Below, piece after piece: positions 11,711 to 25,400 of a DNA stretch of 64,000 nt. The notes beneath the pieces are model-generated. The model was not told where the DNA came from. It was given only the letters and a program-made list of their open reading frames with translations, and did no database searches. Each line of letters opens with the position of its first letter. Position 1 is the stretch's first letter. Location of the stretch: assembly GCA_050575255.1 (NCBI GenBank), contig JBNZDD010013632.1, positions 2,995,122 through 3,059,121 of the forward strand, in the 5' to 3' direction. A program made the translations under genes and the position numbers. The DNA is from Harriotta raleighana. Lineage: Eukaryota.

Positions 11711-14700
11711 TTTGCTGTACCTCAACGTGAAGTTGAATTTGTTACATTTTGGCTTGGACTTGTAATGTTTGCTGACACATCTCAGTTTTTCTGATTTGTC
11801 GCTATAACCATTGGGGTTTACTTCTCTCTTTGTATATAGGGCAGATGTTCACTGCTTACCTTCATGTCCTTTACTGAAGTTTACTCTATGCTATTATGAT
11901 AGTCTTCAGACTTTCCGTCCCCCAACTGTATTGGTTTTCTTATGCACGAATATCTCTATGTAATTTTCTAAGTATCTTGGAAGGACTTTCGAGTGAAGTA
12001 TGCAAATGATAATATCCTGTACATTGTTATACTGGGAAACCCAGGCTCTTTTGAAAATGAAAAGGACTTTAGCAGTTCTCTAATTGTTTACCTGGACTTC
12101 ATGATTTAAGGATTATAGTTAACTAGAACATTCTGTAACTAAAGGAAATAGCTAACTTTTTTAAAAAGAACAGCTATTAATATTCCTTCCTACTGAAGTA
12201 AAACACTCAATAATACATAATTTGGCATAGTGTATTTCCTATTTGAATTATATTGGCCTTAATTCACTGTACAATGAATGCCTTTTGCACTTTTGAAATA
12301 CACATTTACTCTTCAAAACGATTTTAAATTGATGTCTAATATTGACTATTATGAACCAGAGAAGAGTACAAAACAGTACAATATTCTTCATTTTTAGTTT
12401 TCTTGTAAGAAACATTTGATATTTGATTCATAGTGCATGTGGTACTGAAATACTACAGGCAGAATATATTTTTAAGGACATTAGTTGATGGAAATAGCTT
12501 CCTGCTGGCAAAGAAATTCACCACTGAAATGTTTGATGGACCTAAATGGGATACTAGAAGTAAATTAACAATGAAAGAAAATTATGAAAACCTTCACGTG
12601 TCATAAAGTGATTTCTTATTTGCTAAATTGGTGTGACTTGAGCCTGTATTTTTAAGAATTATATCTTCCATTACCTACGAACAGTGGAGCATTCTGGCAA
12701 GCAACATAGGCCTTCCAGTCCCTCTATTACATCATTAAATAATGCTGTCACTGGAAATGGATTCTCAATATGTCATTAAATGTTGGAGGGATTTCAGAAT
12801 TCAATATTGTGCAATTTTCAATTATTTCATCTTCACATATCTGAGTCTTTTTCATAATGTCATTGTTGTAATATCTACTATACATTATGTAGCCTGTTTA
12901 AATAGATACACAAACTGTTTCAAGAGATGAGAGACTTTTAATGTGGATGCTTGGAGTTCAGTGAAAATATAGGAAGAGGAGTTGAATTATTATGCTGCAT
13001 CTAATGACCTTTTTCTGTTCACAGAGTTGATATGTAGGTAATTTAAGAAATAAAGGGGGAGGAAGCAACAAGTTCTATTATGCAAGCTAGAAAGATCAAG
13101 AATACCCATTACATACACATAGGCACGCAAGCATATCTATCCAGTTATGAGAAACTCTAATAGATATATGGATATGTATCAACAATACTGTTATCAATGG
13201 AGTCAATTTTCTCACGAATCAGTCTCGTGTGGGGAATTATCCACACATGACCTGAAACACAATGCCTAAATGTGATGATCAGAATGTTTAGGTAAGCTGT
13301 GCTTTTTCAGATAAAGTCTCATGTTTTGTTAAACTTTCTAATGCCTTGAAAATGTAATAAAACTTTTTATCTGATTATCTTGTGGGAAATTGAATTAGAA
13401 AATCAGCCTTCCTACTTTGGAATGTCAGTACAATGGGAGGAGAATCACCTTGGTTAGTTAAGTTAGGATCAGTTTGGTTAATTAAGTTTAAAAATGATTG
13501 TAGGGAGGAATTGTTTCCATTATTTAGAACTAACAGTAACAGAACTATCTTTTGTTTTGTCAACCCGAGATATCTTTATTACCCTTTGGGTGGCTGGTTG
13601 GTTAACTAACTTTCTGTAGTCACTTGGGGTTCAGCTTCAAAACGAAGGCACTCCTTGGTTATTGTGATACTAGATGGGCTGACTATCCAGGAAGAGTTTA
13701 TTTGGCTCACAATTTCCAAACTTGTGTGAAGTCATTGAACTACAATAAACTTTAATAACTTGTTGCTGTAAGGGAAAAGGGTGTTAATTTTCTAAAGATT
13801 TATTTGGGTCAGCTGGGTATTTGACACATCCGGAAAACCAACACCTAAGAATATCCAAATCAAATTGAGAGTTCCATGCAAGCCACCTTGATGCAGAATT
13901 TCCTGCGAATTAGAATGGGACGCACACTCTCTCACTGGAGGGATGCTAAGACCATTCTGCTCATTAGTGCCTTCGATTGCAGGGGTAACTAGTAGCTGTG
14001 GGAAGAATCCTTGCCTCCAGTGACTGGTCTGGCCTTCCATGTCCGACCAATGAGCTTGACTGTAATGAGTAGTGATCTGGAATACTGTGGACCCACCTGA
14101 CTCAGGATGTAGATTATTGAGACTGCTTTAGAGGGTTTCCACATTATTTTGCTTTTTGCTCACCTGAAGATGGCAGATGGATTTTGATCTTAACAACTTA
14201 TAATAATTCCTGCATTGATATTTCCATAGCTCTGTGTAATCTATGATTTTAGATTATCTTAATTAGGACAACAAGTTCCCATGATTTGAAGAAATTAACA
14301 ACCTGATGAGGTGCCCCGATGCTGAGGTATTCTAACTAAACCGCTTCAGTTAAAGTAATTTAAAATAAATGAAGTAAATATCAAAGAACACAGTGCAATT
14401 CAATTAATTTAGGCCTAGTTCAAAGATCCCAATGCTGAGGAGAAAAAACTTGTATAAAATAACAGTATGCAAATAATGGGGTAGGCATTGTGTTTTACAT
14501 TGCTCTAGTTTAATAATCTTACCCAAATGGATCCCTGCAATGGGGGTGGGGTGGATATTGCTGTAAAATTGAAATTTGGCAAGAAAATACATTTGTTATT
14601 ATTTGATATGCATTGTTTTATTCGATTTTCTTTTTATTCATGTTTTCTGCTCAAAACTGAATTGAAAAGTTGGCAGTCAAATGTAACCCTTCAAATATTA

Positions 14701-16817
14701 ATAAAGCAAATCAAAGCACAGTAATATTCTGCTGAGACTTTGGCTGGTCAGTCCATGCTATATCATTCAGTCTATGCTGTAAGTGGAAAACTAACAACCC
14801 AAATAATTTCCCTATTAATTTCCACAGTAGCTTCAAGATGAAAATGATTAAAACAAATACAGTAGCTCTGCTGGAATCATAGCTTGGCAATATTCTTTAA
14901 TAACTGCAAATATAGCTCAGCAGAGAAGAAAAATCCAGTTTGCAGTTAAGACTCATTAGGCTGTATGAAACATTCTGCAAGAGACTAGTATTTAATTACA
15001 GCTTGTACTTTTGGCTGGAAGATATAGATCCTGCACAGGCTCACAATCTCCCTCCCCCAAGGCTACAAACATCAGTTACTAGAAGAACCTTCATTAATCC
15101 TGCACAGCGTACTGCACCATGTGATTTGGCACCGAGTAATTAATAGGCTTTCGCATCTCAGTATTCACTGATACTGTTAACTAGGTGTAAAACAGGGTTC
15201 CTTTGTTGCACAGCATGAAAAGTCACTGGACTGATACATTACTGAGCATTGCATGAAGCCTGTTTATGCTAGAGTTTTGGGTGCATGCCACTGTTTAATA
15301 GAAGGCAATATAACATCTGGTAAAAATCCATTCCTTAACTAACCACAAGAGCATATAAAAGAATTAAACAATGAAGGTATATTAATTAACCCTGTGAATA
15401 CTGGATTACAGGATTCAATATTCCAAAAATCAGCATCCTTTATTCCCACACGTTTCCAAAAACAAGAATTTGGGGGAAAATATTACACAATTTGGGGTCA
15501 ATGGAATATCCTTACATTTGATAAATGTGCTCTTGCAGAATAGAATATGTTAACTTTGAGTTACCATTTCAATCCAACAAATAAATACAATCCTAGTAAG
15601 GTACTTGGGGTCAATGCTAGTTAATATTCAAATCAATTGTCTGATGCAAAATTACCTGCTATTGTATATTAACGTGGAGGCAAATTATTTTTTACATACA
15701 ACTTCAAGTAATAAGGCTGCTAGAAAATATGATTAACGGGTATCTGTTGTGTTTAGTCTACTTCTCTCACTATTTTCCTCAGCATGCTTTGTGACATCCA
15801 AAACTATCTGAAGGCACAGGATAGGAGATGATGGTGCTGCTGCTTAGACCCTAATTCTATCAGTAGAGCTAGTAGATTTACCAGCAATAAGGGCAATCCA
15901 AGTACAGCAAATAAGGCCAATCCTTGTTTTACTTGAATTGGAATAACTAGTTCCAATGGCATTTTCATCTGGTGCCATTGACTAAACACATCCAGTTAAG
16001 ATAAATGATTTACAATGAAAGACAGGCATGGGACCTAATCCAACGACGTTTAGTTGGGAGTGAATTACTGAACTACTTTTCCCTAACTTTCTTTCCAATT
16101 TAATTATGCTGTCAACAAACTCTTAAGTGACAGTTGATACTTTTAGAATACTGTATCTGGTAAATACTACTAAAGAGGAAAGACTGTGACTTTGAATTAA
16201 CTTTACATTGTGCAGAAAACAAGCATTAGACCTCAATGTGCTTGGTTTAATCTATTTTCACATTGACATTATAGACCAGATTTCAAATAAATGTGTGCAT
16301 TGCAAAAGGAAAACCTGAATTTGCTGCATGCATATTCTTTGATCTTCAGATTGCAATGTCTAGATCTTGTACAATATATGTTTGACTTGTCATTAGGTAT
16401 GATTTATTTTCAGTCAAACCCTATACCATTTCAACAAAGCTACAGAACTTATTAAAATAATATCTCTTAAGAAGATGGTTTGCCTTTTAGCAAGAACTAC
16501 ACATCTGTACTTGATTTCTTTCCATGCCTAATTTTAATTTATTTGCTGGCAAATACAGAAGGAAACTATATTAAGGGAAAAAGGCAAATATTTAGGTTTT
16601 GTCTGTGCCTTAAGGCAAGCACAATGCTGCAGTGGAGGTGTAAAGAAATATGAGGCACCATACAGGAAATAATCTAAGAAATGATTCTTGGCACTATTGA
16701 TTTGGTTTGAACATTTATTTGTTTGTTTGGTGTTTTGAAACCATTGTTTTCGTTATGTCTTGCATGGTGCCTGATATCAAAAACCTCATTTACATGCTCA
16801 ATAACTTCTGTGCAGCC

Positions 16818-16965
16818 TACAGTGAAATTATGACTGCCTAAAGGCCCAGAAAAAATGGTTTGGGAAAGAATTGGCTGCAATATTAACGGAGGGTTGAAAA
16901 TAATCTTCATGATTTGAAAGTGGTGGTCTTTCATAGCAGGTGGTCCTTTTATGGAGGAGATTTCA
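16818..16965 (+). mobile_element. Possible old Tigger/pogo-like DNA transposon end
   Basis: tacagtgaaa start followed by repeated gtggtc units (gtggtggtctttcatagcaggtggtcctttt), a pattern typical of pogo/Tigger subterminal regions. No partner TIR identified. Confidence 0.3.
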
Positions 16966-18627
16966 ATAGTTTTAATGGCTTGTTTCACAAAGCCAAAATG
17001 CAGCTCAAATGTAGCACTCAAAATGAGGCAAGCGATGGGAACTGTCACGTTCATTTCATCCACTGCAGAGAGACGGATTTTCAAATCCAACAATGAAAAC
17101 ACCACTGGCTCTGGCATCCAAAATCTGTTGTTTGCAAATCTGATTTGTCAATGGTAAATGCTGTATGGTGAGATTTGCCGAATGATGGATCACCAGTCCA
17201 GAGGTCTGGCTGCCATTTTACTTCTCAGCCTTGTTATAGATTTTAAGTATGGTCTATTCCCAAACCCAAATGTTCTAATCGTTGTTTATAATTTACTTTT
17301 TTAGGAAATCTCACAACCCATTAGTTACTAACTAGAAGGAGCAATTAACCCATGATTCCAGATTGTAAATATTGCATTGTAGTCCCCAATATAAACGTTA
17401 TTAAATTGCAATATAAATTTTAATAATGTATTTTTTCAGCCAGTAGATAAAATTAACTGATAGATAGTGAAAAAAGTATTGAAAAAAGGGGAAACTTCCA
17501 TATGATTTGGTTTTTACCAAATACTTCTCAATATTTATAATATATACACAACAATCACTAAAAAGCAATAAGAAATAGCACTTATTTAATTTATCTTCCA
17601 ACAAAGGCAGTCACTACACTTCACAGTGAAAATGCTGTGAAGTGTTTTTAGACCTCTTTTGACACGATAAACCGCTATATCAAATGCAATGATTATGTAT
17701 TTATATATAAATACAAAAATAAAGATGGGAACACTTGAGTGTAAAAATAAACCTGATAAAACATTATAAAATCTGATCAATCTGATGTGATGCATTTTTA
17801 ATTTTAGTGCCCCTCATTGTACGTCCATATTATATGCACATTAATGTTCACTGTACAGCTGAAAAATAATGTGAGTAGCTTTTAGGACAACAATGCAATA
17901 GTACTGCTTTAAACCTATACTTATGAACGATTTACTTGGCAGCACTGATCTACTATTAGTCTGTGTGTTTGGACTTCAATGGCTACTGGAAAGGGTTCAA
18001 AACACAATAGCTTTGACTTCATAATCCACTTTCTTACCATTTTGCAGGAGTGGCAGATGTTGCTTCATGCTATGTTTTATTTGCAAGATTTTTTTTTTCA
18101 AAAGTTGGAAAACAACTGTGTCTTAACTGGTAATATTCTGTGGATGTTAATGATAATTCTTCATTTTAAGAAAGTAGTAATTTACTCCAGTAAAAACGAA
18201 AAAAACAATAAGTAACCACAGTTAATTATACCTTAGTGGATGGCACCACATGAGATGTTCCAGAACATGTTTAAAAGCTAACTCATGGAATAAACAGAAA
18301 GTTACGCCATTGTCAATGTGTTATGGGAGGTTCTTTGCTTGGTTACATTATCATCGAAATATTTCTACAGAACATAATGATTATAATGCAGCCACTGGTG
18401 TAAATTCCTACCTACACTATTTAGAAATGTTCTAAAAGTATAACTGCATAAAAATCTTCCAGATTTCTTTATACAAGGGTAACCATCCTTCAAAAAAATC
18501 AAAGGTGCATATATTAAATTAATAATTCTTGGATTTGATATAGAGCCTTATCATGTTGTCAAAGCTTCTCAAAGCTCCTTAAATATAGTGATTGTGTATG
18601 ACATGGAGTGTACACGCTAACATTACA

Positions 18628-18891
18628 TCCTGGCAGGGCAAAACCTTGGACAAGTTTCATTACTCTACATGCCTGCTATTAATCTCTCAAGAACAAAAAA
18701 CAATAATAAATTGGTCACTTCAATCCATGACGTTTTGTGGTACACTGTTGTGCAAAATTGGCTGTCGTGTTTCACCCATGAATATACAGTGAATTCACCT
18801 TACTGTGTATTCCGTGAAGCACTTTGAGACGTCTAGGAGATGTGAAAGTGCTACATCAAAATGCAAGGATTGATATTTTTATTTTATTATT
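18628..18891 (+). mobile_element. tRNA-derived SINE, 5'-truncated
   Basis: ggcagggcaaaaccttggacaagttt ... gagacgtctaggagatgtgaaagtgctacatcaaaatgcaaggatt. Confidence 0.92.
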
Positions 18892-19788
18892 TATTTTTGT
18901 CTCGAAGACTTAAGAGTACACTATTTATTGATCACTTTTCAAATGAAGACTGAAATCCCGTAAGGAAAAAAATGTCAAATAAATTGCTTCCTTAAAGTAG
19001 GTTGAGCCCAAAATTATAATTTTACGTGGCCTAGATCAAGTTTCCTATAAGAATTGTTTATTAATGGAAAGTTAGGAACATCTAAGCCAGTGTATTCCCT
19101 TCAAACCACAATATCTAATGGTGACCCACTGAGCAGCCTGCTTGTTTATGCTGAATGCACAACTATTTCTCAATTTACTTATTACTTACAATAATTCTAA
19201 ACAAATTCTATTCCACTTCAGAATTATTCCTCGATCTGAAGACTGAATCCCCTCAACAAGACTGCAGAACCCTTCCTGCGAATCTCGAGGGATTTGATGC
19301 AGGAATACTTTCCATCAGCAGTTGTATAATAATTTTAACACACTGATCTTTTGTTTAGTGCTGTGTTTCTGCCAACCTCCAATAATGGGTATTCAACAGT
19401 AGGACGTGGTGGCAGAACAGTTCCAAAGTAACAGCTCTATTTGGCCAGAGGTTTGCATATGCACAGCTATGATTGACATTTATTTCAGTAAGCCATATAT
19501 GAATTGAAAGTGTGAATTTGGCTCAGTATAACAAAACCGTTAAAATTTACATGAGGTGGGATTTGATTTATTTCAGTCTACTTTTAATGCTACATTTATC
19601 AGATTAGAAAATGCACCTGACTGGCAAAGAAAATCGTTTGATTTTCAGAAGGTTTTTGAACTTAATGTGAATGGTTTTAAATCCCTCTGTACCACATCAT
19701 TTGTAACAGTGGTTAGTTTTGTGTGATTAGATAATCTCAAATAGTACTTTGTGAACTCAGCAGATGGAAGTCAACTTGTTCTATGCTT

Positions 19789-19973
19789 TAATAATAATAA
19801 TCCTTGCATTTGATTTAGTGCTTTTCACATTTTCTAGATGTCTCAAAGTGCTTCACAGAATACACTGTAAAGTGAATTGACTGTATATTTGTGGGCGAAA
19901 TGCGGCAGTCAATTGTGTACAGTAGTGCCCCATAATCCAGTTGTGGATTCAAGTGACCGATTTATTATTTATT
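19789..19973 (-). mobile_element. SINE 3' half
   Basis: (aat)n ccttgcatttgatttagtgcttttcac...gtgaattgactgtatatttgtgggcgaaa, the reverse complement of the family body. Confidence 0.92.
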
Positions 19974-21704
19974 AATGCTATGCTGGCAATTCCAACTTGG
20001 AATGCAACGGAACATTTGAAGACAGCTGCAAGCATTCAGAAATTTTATTTCAAGCCTCATATGTCACTTTCTATTCTATTCTCTGAAATATATTTGATTG
20101 ATCTGACAAGTTTGTTTATGTTGCTAGTTAATAAGTAGACCAAGATGTCCAAAGTGCTGCAAATTAACCAAACAACTCAATTTACTCTTTTTCTAGGCAT
20201 ATCCACACTTAATACAATAATTTTCATGAGCCAGTAAAGTATTCTTTATTATGATAGTAATGACATCTTAATATTCAAATCTAACTTCAATTTACTCTTT
20301 GTGATAAAGGTCATGTCTAATAAAACTGTGTTGAGTGAGGAATGAAATACACTTATTCTGTGAGAATAAGATAACCACCTTTACCCTGAATGCTTCTTTT
20401 TCCCTGGCTTAATTGGGGCTCATTTAAAAACAATATTAAAAAGCTGTATATTAATAATGGAAAATGTAAAGATGTTTCAGGTGATTTATAGCTTACTTCT
20501 TAGTAAAAAGTTCATTCTGCTCCGCTTATTGTTAATTGATTATTTTCTGCATTATGTTGTATTGTTGCAATGCATCAGTGTATTGCATAATATTTTCACT
20601 GGGTATTGATACATTTTACTTTTAAATGTAAAATTACACTTTACTTTTAACTGTAAAATGTTTAAAATCAAAGCTTCATGAAAATTATGACATAAATATC
20701 ATCATTGCAATCAGCCCATTTCAAAGTTTTGAAATGATTGATCAAAAGAAATGGTCCTATTATTTGAAGACGAGCAGTTACCACAATAGTGATTGGTAAA
20801 GATCAACCGTGGTTAATGCAAAACTTGTTTGCTAACAAAATGTTACGCTTGGATCAGAAAAATCTTATTAAGAGTTCTAAAATTCCAGATCAAAATAGCA
20901 ACTGTGCACGTCCTGCTCCTATACCTCATTTGATCATTCATTCAACAAATGGGATCTAAACAAAACCAGAATGCTCTTAAAAGGGCAAAGCGTGCAATAA
21001 AAAAAATTGCTTGGCAAACCTCTTTAGTTTGTTTGCCAAGTATTCAGGTAGTCTGATGCAAATTGCATTAAAGATTTGTCGGTTCCAAAAAATGGCATTG
21101 GGCATGACATTTTCATGAAATCGAGGCAGAATATTCGATTTTTCTTAAATCTAAAGCAACAGTGTATAACTGCTTTAACAATAGCATTTGTTTTATACAA
21201 TATACTTCCTGAAAATGCAATTCAAGAGCATTGACAAAGCAGAATTTGGTACATTTCGTGGCTGATTAGTGTAAGCAGCATTTAGGATTGGAATTCTGTT
21301 CTTTTTAAAGCACTTTTTAAATATCAAAGGTAATCATTCATGATATCAAAATTCTACTTAAGGAATTAGATTATTATCTATTTTGTTATTGATTTCATTG
21401 CAAATTTGAATATGTGTTCCATGTGGTCCGATTGTTCTGTAGTCAATGAATTAGGTGAGTTAGCAGCATGTGGGAAAGCAACAGTATTGTATATTGTTTC
21501 CAATATTCTATAAAGAGTATTGTCATGAAGGTACTTAAAACCCTAAGGGATCTAAAGTGAGTTGAAAATGAGTGCAGAGAGGAGACAGTAAGTGTATTAA
21601 ATGCTTATTTCTTAAAAGATTTGTGCAAGGAAGATTCTAAAAATATGCTGTCCAACATGTCACGTTTAGCTTCAGAACTTTGACATTAGAAAAAAAAAGT
21701 TCTA

Positions 21705-21965
21705 CACAGGCTCAAGGGCCTGAAAAACAACAAATCCCCTGGGATGGATGAGCTCAATGGGATATAGAAAGTAAACCCAAACAATACTTTCAGATAAAGC
21801 AAGGCAGAGAGACAAAAGGGTGCAGGATCAGAATGTGAAGGATAGGTTTAGCAGATGCCAGGAAACATTTCTTTACACAGAGTCATAGTAAGATGGTTCA
21901 GTTGGTATTCTGGAAGCTTGAAATGAAATAGGCCAAAGGGCATTCTTCATCCAAATTTCTCTTGT
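21705..21965 (+). mobile_element. CR1 LINE fragments (internally deleted) with 3' end
   Basis: LKGLKNNKSPGMD (cf. LxxxKSPGPDG) followed by RKHFFTQ (cf. RKHFFTQRVV) and a CR1-like 3' UTR. Confidence 0.65.
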
Positions 21966-22029
21966 AAAGCTTTTGAGTTTCTTTCCCAAACATCTTTTTA
22001 CTGCCCCCCTACTTATTTGATAGATACCT

Positions 22030-23520
22030 GACCTTGATTAATTGGATTTGGAATTTGTCATATCTTCATTCATTGTGAAGTTAATTTAAAAGATCTTTCA
22101 TTTCCTGATTCCCTTAATATTTCCCTTCAAGGACGTATCTGATCTTAAATATTCTACCTGCTTTAAACATTGCTAAAATATTTTTGATTTCTCTGGTTCT
22201 ATTCCTTTATTCTTTTTAAATCTTGGATTACATCTCCCTAATCTTTTTCTAATGAATGGATTTAGGTCCCTTAGCCTCTCCTGGTAAATCAAAGGTTGAA
22301 ACTCTGGAAAGTAGATATTCCATGCTTTGAATTCTCATCATTGTTTCTTCGTCTCTTGACAAAGTAACCAGAAGTGAACCCCAAATCCTTCATATCTTTT
22401 CAGTGTGTTATGCTGTGTTTTTTTTTTGTAAATTATGAGTGATTAAGTATCATTTAGTGTATTCTTTTAATAGCTGGTGTCATATATTTGAATGATCCTT
22501 TCATTATTTAGCCCAGTTTGATACTTAGATTTTTTCTCACCTTTATTACAACTAAATATATAATTATATTTGCTATTTGATACAAATGTGTCATATTTAT
22601 ATTTTCTTATATATTCTGGAGTTAAATAATCATTTTCATTTATCTGTGTAAATGATGTTGTCTATAGATTTTTCTCAGATTTTTTTATATTCTCACAAAA
22701 CATTGACATTTTCAGACTTCAACATTCTGCGTACTATAACTTCAAAGAGGTCATTGTTGCATTTTATGAACAGTAGGGATCTAAGGCTGATCTCTGGGGC
22801 AAACATTGGTTATTGCTCTTCAATTAGAGTTATCAACATTTATAACTACCCTCTGTTTCCTATTATGTAGTCAAATAATAATCCAGTTTACAACCTCATT
22901 TTAGATCCCCTGAGCTTTTACTTTAGCTATGCATTCCTGGGAAGGACTTTATCAAATTCTTCTGAAAATTAAGCTATACATACATCAACTACCAACCAAC
23001 CTTGGTACATCTTCAAAAAAATTCCATTACATTTGTTAAGCATGACATGCCGTTCATTTACCCATTTTTTTCTCACTCTCATTTGATGCAATTCAATTGT
23101 TTTCTTTGTCCTTGACTCTAATATTTTTCCCATTATAGCTGTCCAACTAACCGAACTGATTTTTGACCATTTTTAAAAAAAAAGATTGAAACAACATTAG
23201 CTATCCAGCCCTCTGATGCTACTCCTGCAGCAAATGAACTGAAATAAAACATGTGTGCTGCAACACCTCTTACCACTGCCCTCGTTTCTTGGATGCACTC
23301 CAAGTGATCCGGGTGACTTATGAATATTTAAATACTCCTGGTCTGACTCTTGTTCTGGGTGGTAACCCAAAGCAGAGCTTCCACCAGATGTTTCAGTGCA
23401 TTTCCCCAGTTGCTGCTCAGATTTTTTTCTTTCAGCTTCTAAAGGTACCGAGATACTTTCAGACTGCCTGAACATCTTAAAAAAGAACACAAAAAAACAT
23501 GCATGTTGATATGCCTCAAA
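22030..23520 (-). mobile_element. Old CR1 LINE RT region, degraded
   Basis: Minus strand: LNIHKSPGSLGVHPR, W-ANVV, SCLTN..EFFE, VDV..NF.EEFDKV (cf. YLDFQKAFDKV) and YQERLRDLN (cf. YEERLRELNLFSLEKRRLRGD), all in the correct order. Confidence 0.8.
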
Positions 23521-23789
23521 GCATTTCAAGGGAAATTTAGTGGTGTGAGTGACTGTTTTGTAGGAATGGCAGCCACCATTTATTTATTTGCACCAGCGAA
23601 CTGCTTCTTAGGGTTTATAATATTGCGACAAGGGCATAATGGTGAAATAATGCCAAATCTGACTTCACTTTTACACTTAACTGTTATACCTACTCTCAAA
23701 CCTTACAAATCCATTCATTCTTCACCCTTTCTGCCCTCACTTTCTGGAACTGCATCCCAGAGTTATAAAACTTGTACTTGAGTCACCTT

Positions 23790-23925
23790 TCCCAGCCCCT
23801 CCCATCCCCGTGCCATAACCCATAATACCATCCAAGAATCTGCCTCTCTTTTCAATATCCCTAATGTTTCTACCTCTACAGCTTCCTCGGTTTGGACCAT
23901 TCCAGATCTTCATGATTCTTCTGCT
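23790..23925 (-). mobile_element. CR1 3'-end fragment
   Basis: ttctacctctacagcttcctcggtttggaccattccagatcttc is the reverse complement of the WNxLxxEAVEV-type CR1 ORF2 end. Confidence 0.5.
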
Positions 23926-24109
23926 GTAAATTTATATGGTTCTCAGTTGAAAGACAACTGAAGTGAACTCAGTTCAACTGTTTTGTAGGAATGGCAGCCA
24001 TTCTGCTGTGCTCTAAATCCTAACATACAGTAAAACTTGTATTACAAGTTTGCATTATTTGTCTATTACAGTTGCACTAATTACAAATTCAAAACTCTTT
24101 GAGGCGTCC

Positions 24110-24332
24110 ATAATAATAATCCTTACATTTGTTATAGCGCTTTTCATGTCTTCTAGATATCTCAAAGTGCTTCACAGAATATACTGTAAAATTAATTGAT
24201 TGGACATTTGTGGGCGAAATGCAGCAGCCAATTGCGCACAGCAGTGTCCAACAAACAGTCGTGGATTGAAAAGGCCAATTTTATTATTGTGTTTTTTTTT
24301 AGGGATTATGATTAGGTGTGTGGAGTAAGGAA
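24110..24332 (-). mobile_element. tRNA-derived SINE lacking its head
   Basis: Reverse complement of the family body from the (att)n tail to ttccttactccacac. Confidence 0.92.
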
Positions 24333-25324
24333 TGCAATGTATTTAAAGGAATAACCCACCTATGCTTTTATTGAGGCTGAATTTAAAATGAGCATAAAGG
24401 TAAGACAGTAATATTATAATATTTGGCTGAGATCCATTTTTTCTTCGCACCTCACTAGAGCTATGATTTGTCCTGCTGTGACTGCACGGCATTCCATTCA
24501 GCAGCATGGCTAAGGATTGATGAAATTTTCCAAACTGAGGAAATCAAGTTCAAGTGATAGACAGCTCTGGGATTTGATCTTACACCCTCTGGTTATGTAT
24601 CTAATGGTGCTGTTACACTGCGACTTTCATGCTAAGCCAAGATCTTCATTGTTCGTGAGCCAAATGTACAGTTTAGTGCTGCCAGCACTGACTGGTATTG
24701 ATGTTGTTGATCCATCATTGTTGCTTTACAACTGCAGCAATATAACTGCCACAGTTGCAAAGGCTGCCTTTTATTCCATTTTTTGTAAATAAACTTTTTA
24801 AAAATATATACTCATGTGCCACCATTTTATTTTCAACGATAAAATCAAACTCTCAGGAGCTATTCTCAGTTGATGTAAAACCTATCAGAAAAAGCAGACA
24901 GCAAGTAGGATTGAACTGTGCATGTATGAAAGGCAGTTGCCATCCCTTATATTTTTTGTGCGGGGCAGACAGTATAATAAAGTTTCCTCTTGTACACAGA
25001 GTTACACAAATATAATTCTCTTCCAGCAAGTACAGTTGAGTCTTTGCATATTACTAAATTGGCCTCAGTGGGACTATTTGTTTGCAGTTGTGAATCAATT
25101 AAAATTGCATGTCTGCCAATTTGTAAGCTTTGATGTTCATTTTTAATAAGTTTAACAATGCAGTGGCAGAGATTGGTTAATTCGCTACTGAGCTGTCAAG
25201 ATTGTAGAATTTTATTGAAATTTCTCAAGTAAATTCCTTGATCTGGGTGAGAAATGGGTTTAAAACTTAAAGGCAAATGTTATTTGTTAAAGAAAACAAA
25301 AATCTATCATGTTGAAACTCAGAC

Positions 25325-25400
25325 ACGGCAGCTCACTCTTCCTCTTCTGGGACCGATGGTTCTAGGCTCAATCCCCACACCATAATTGAGGTTATAATCA
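25325..25400 (+). mobile_element. DeuSINE-type tRNA head fragment
   Basis: cactcttcctcttctgggaccgatggttctaggctcaatccccac resembles the head of the 28345 element. Confidence 0.4.

Noticed and set aside
13878-13992. GRTLSHWRDAKTILL resembling the LINE WRxAxxxLIPK motif
   Set aside because: A single short motif with no supporting downstream RT motifs is not enough to call.
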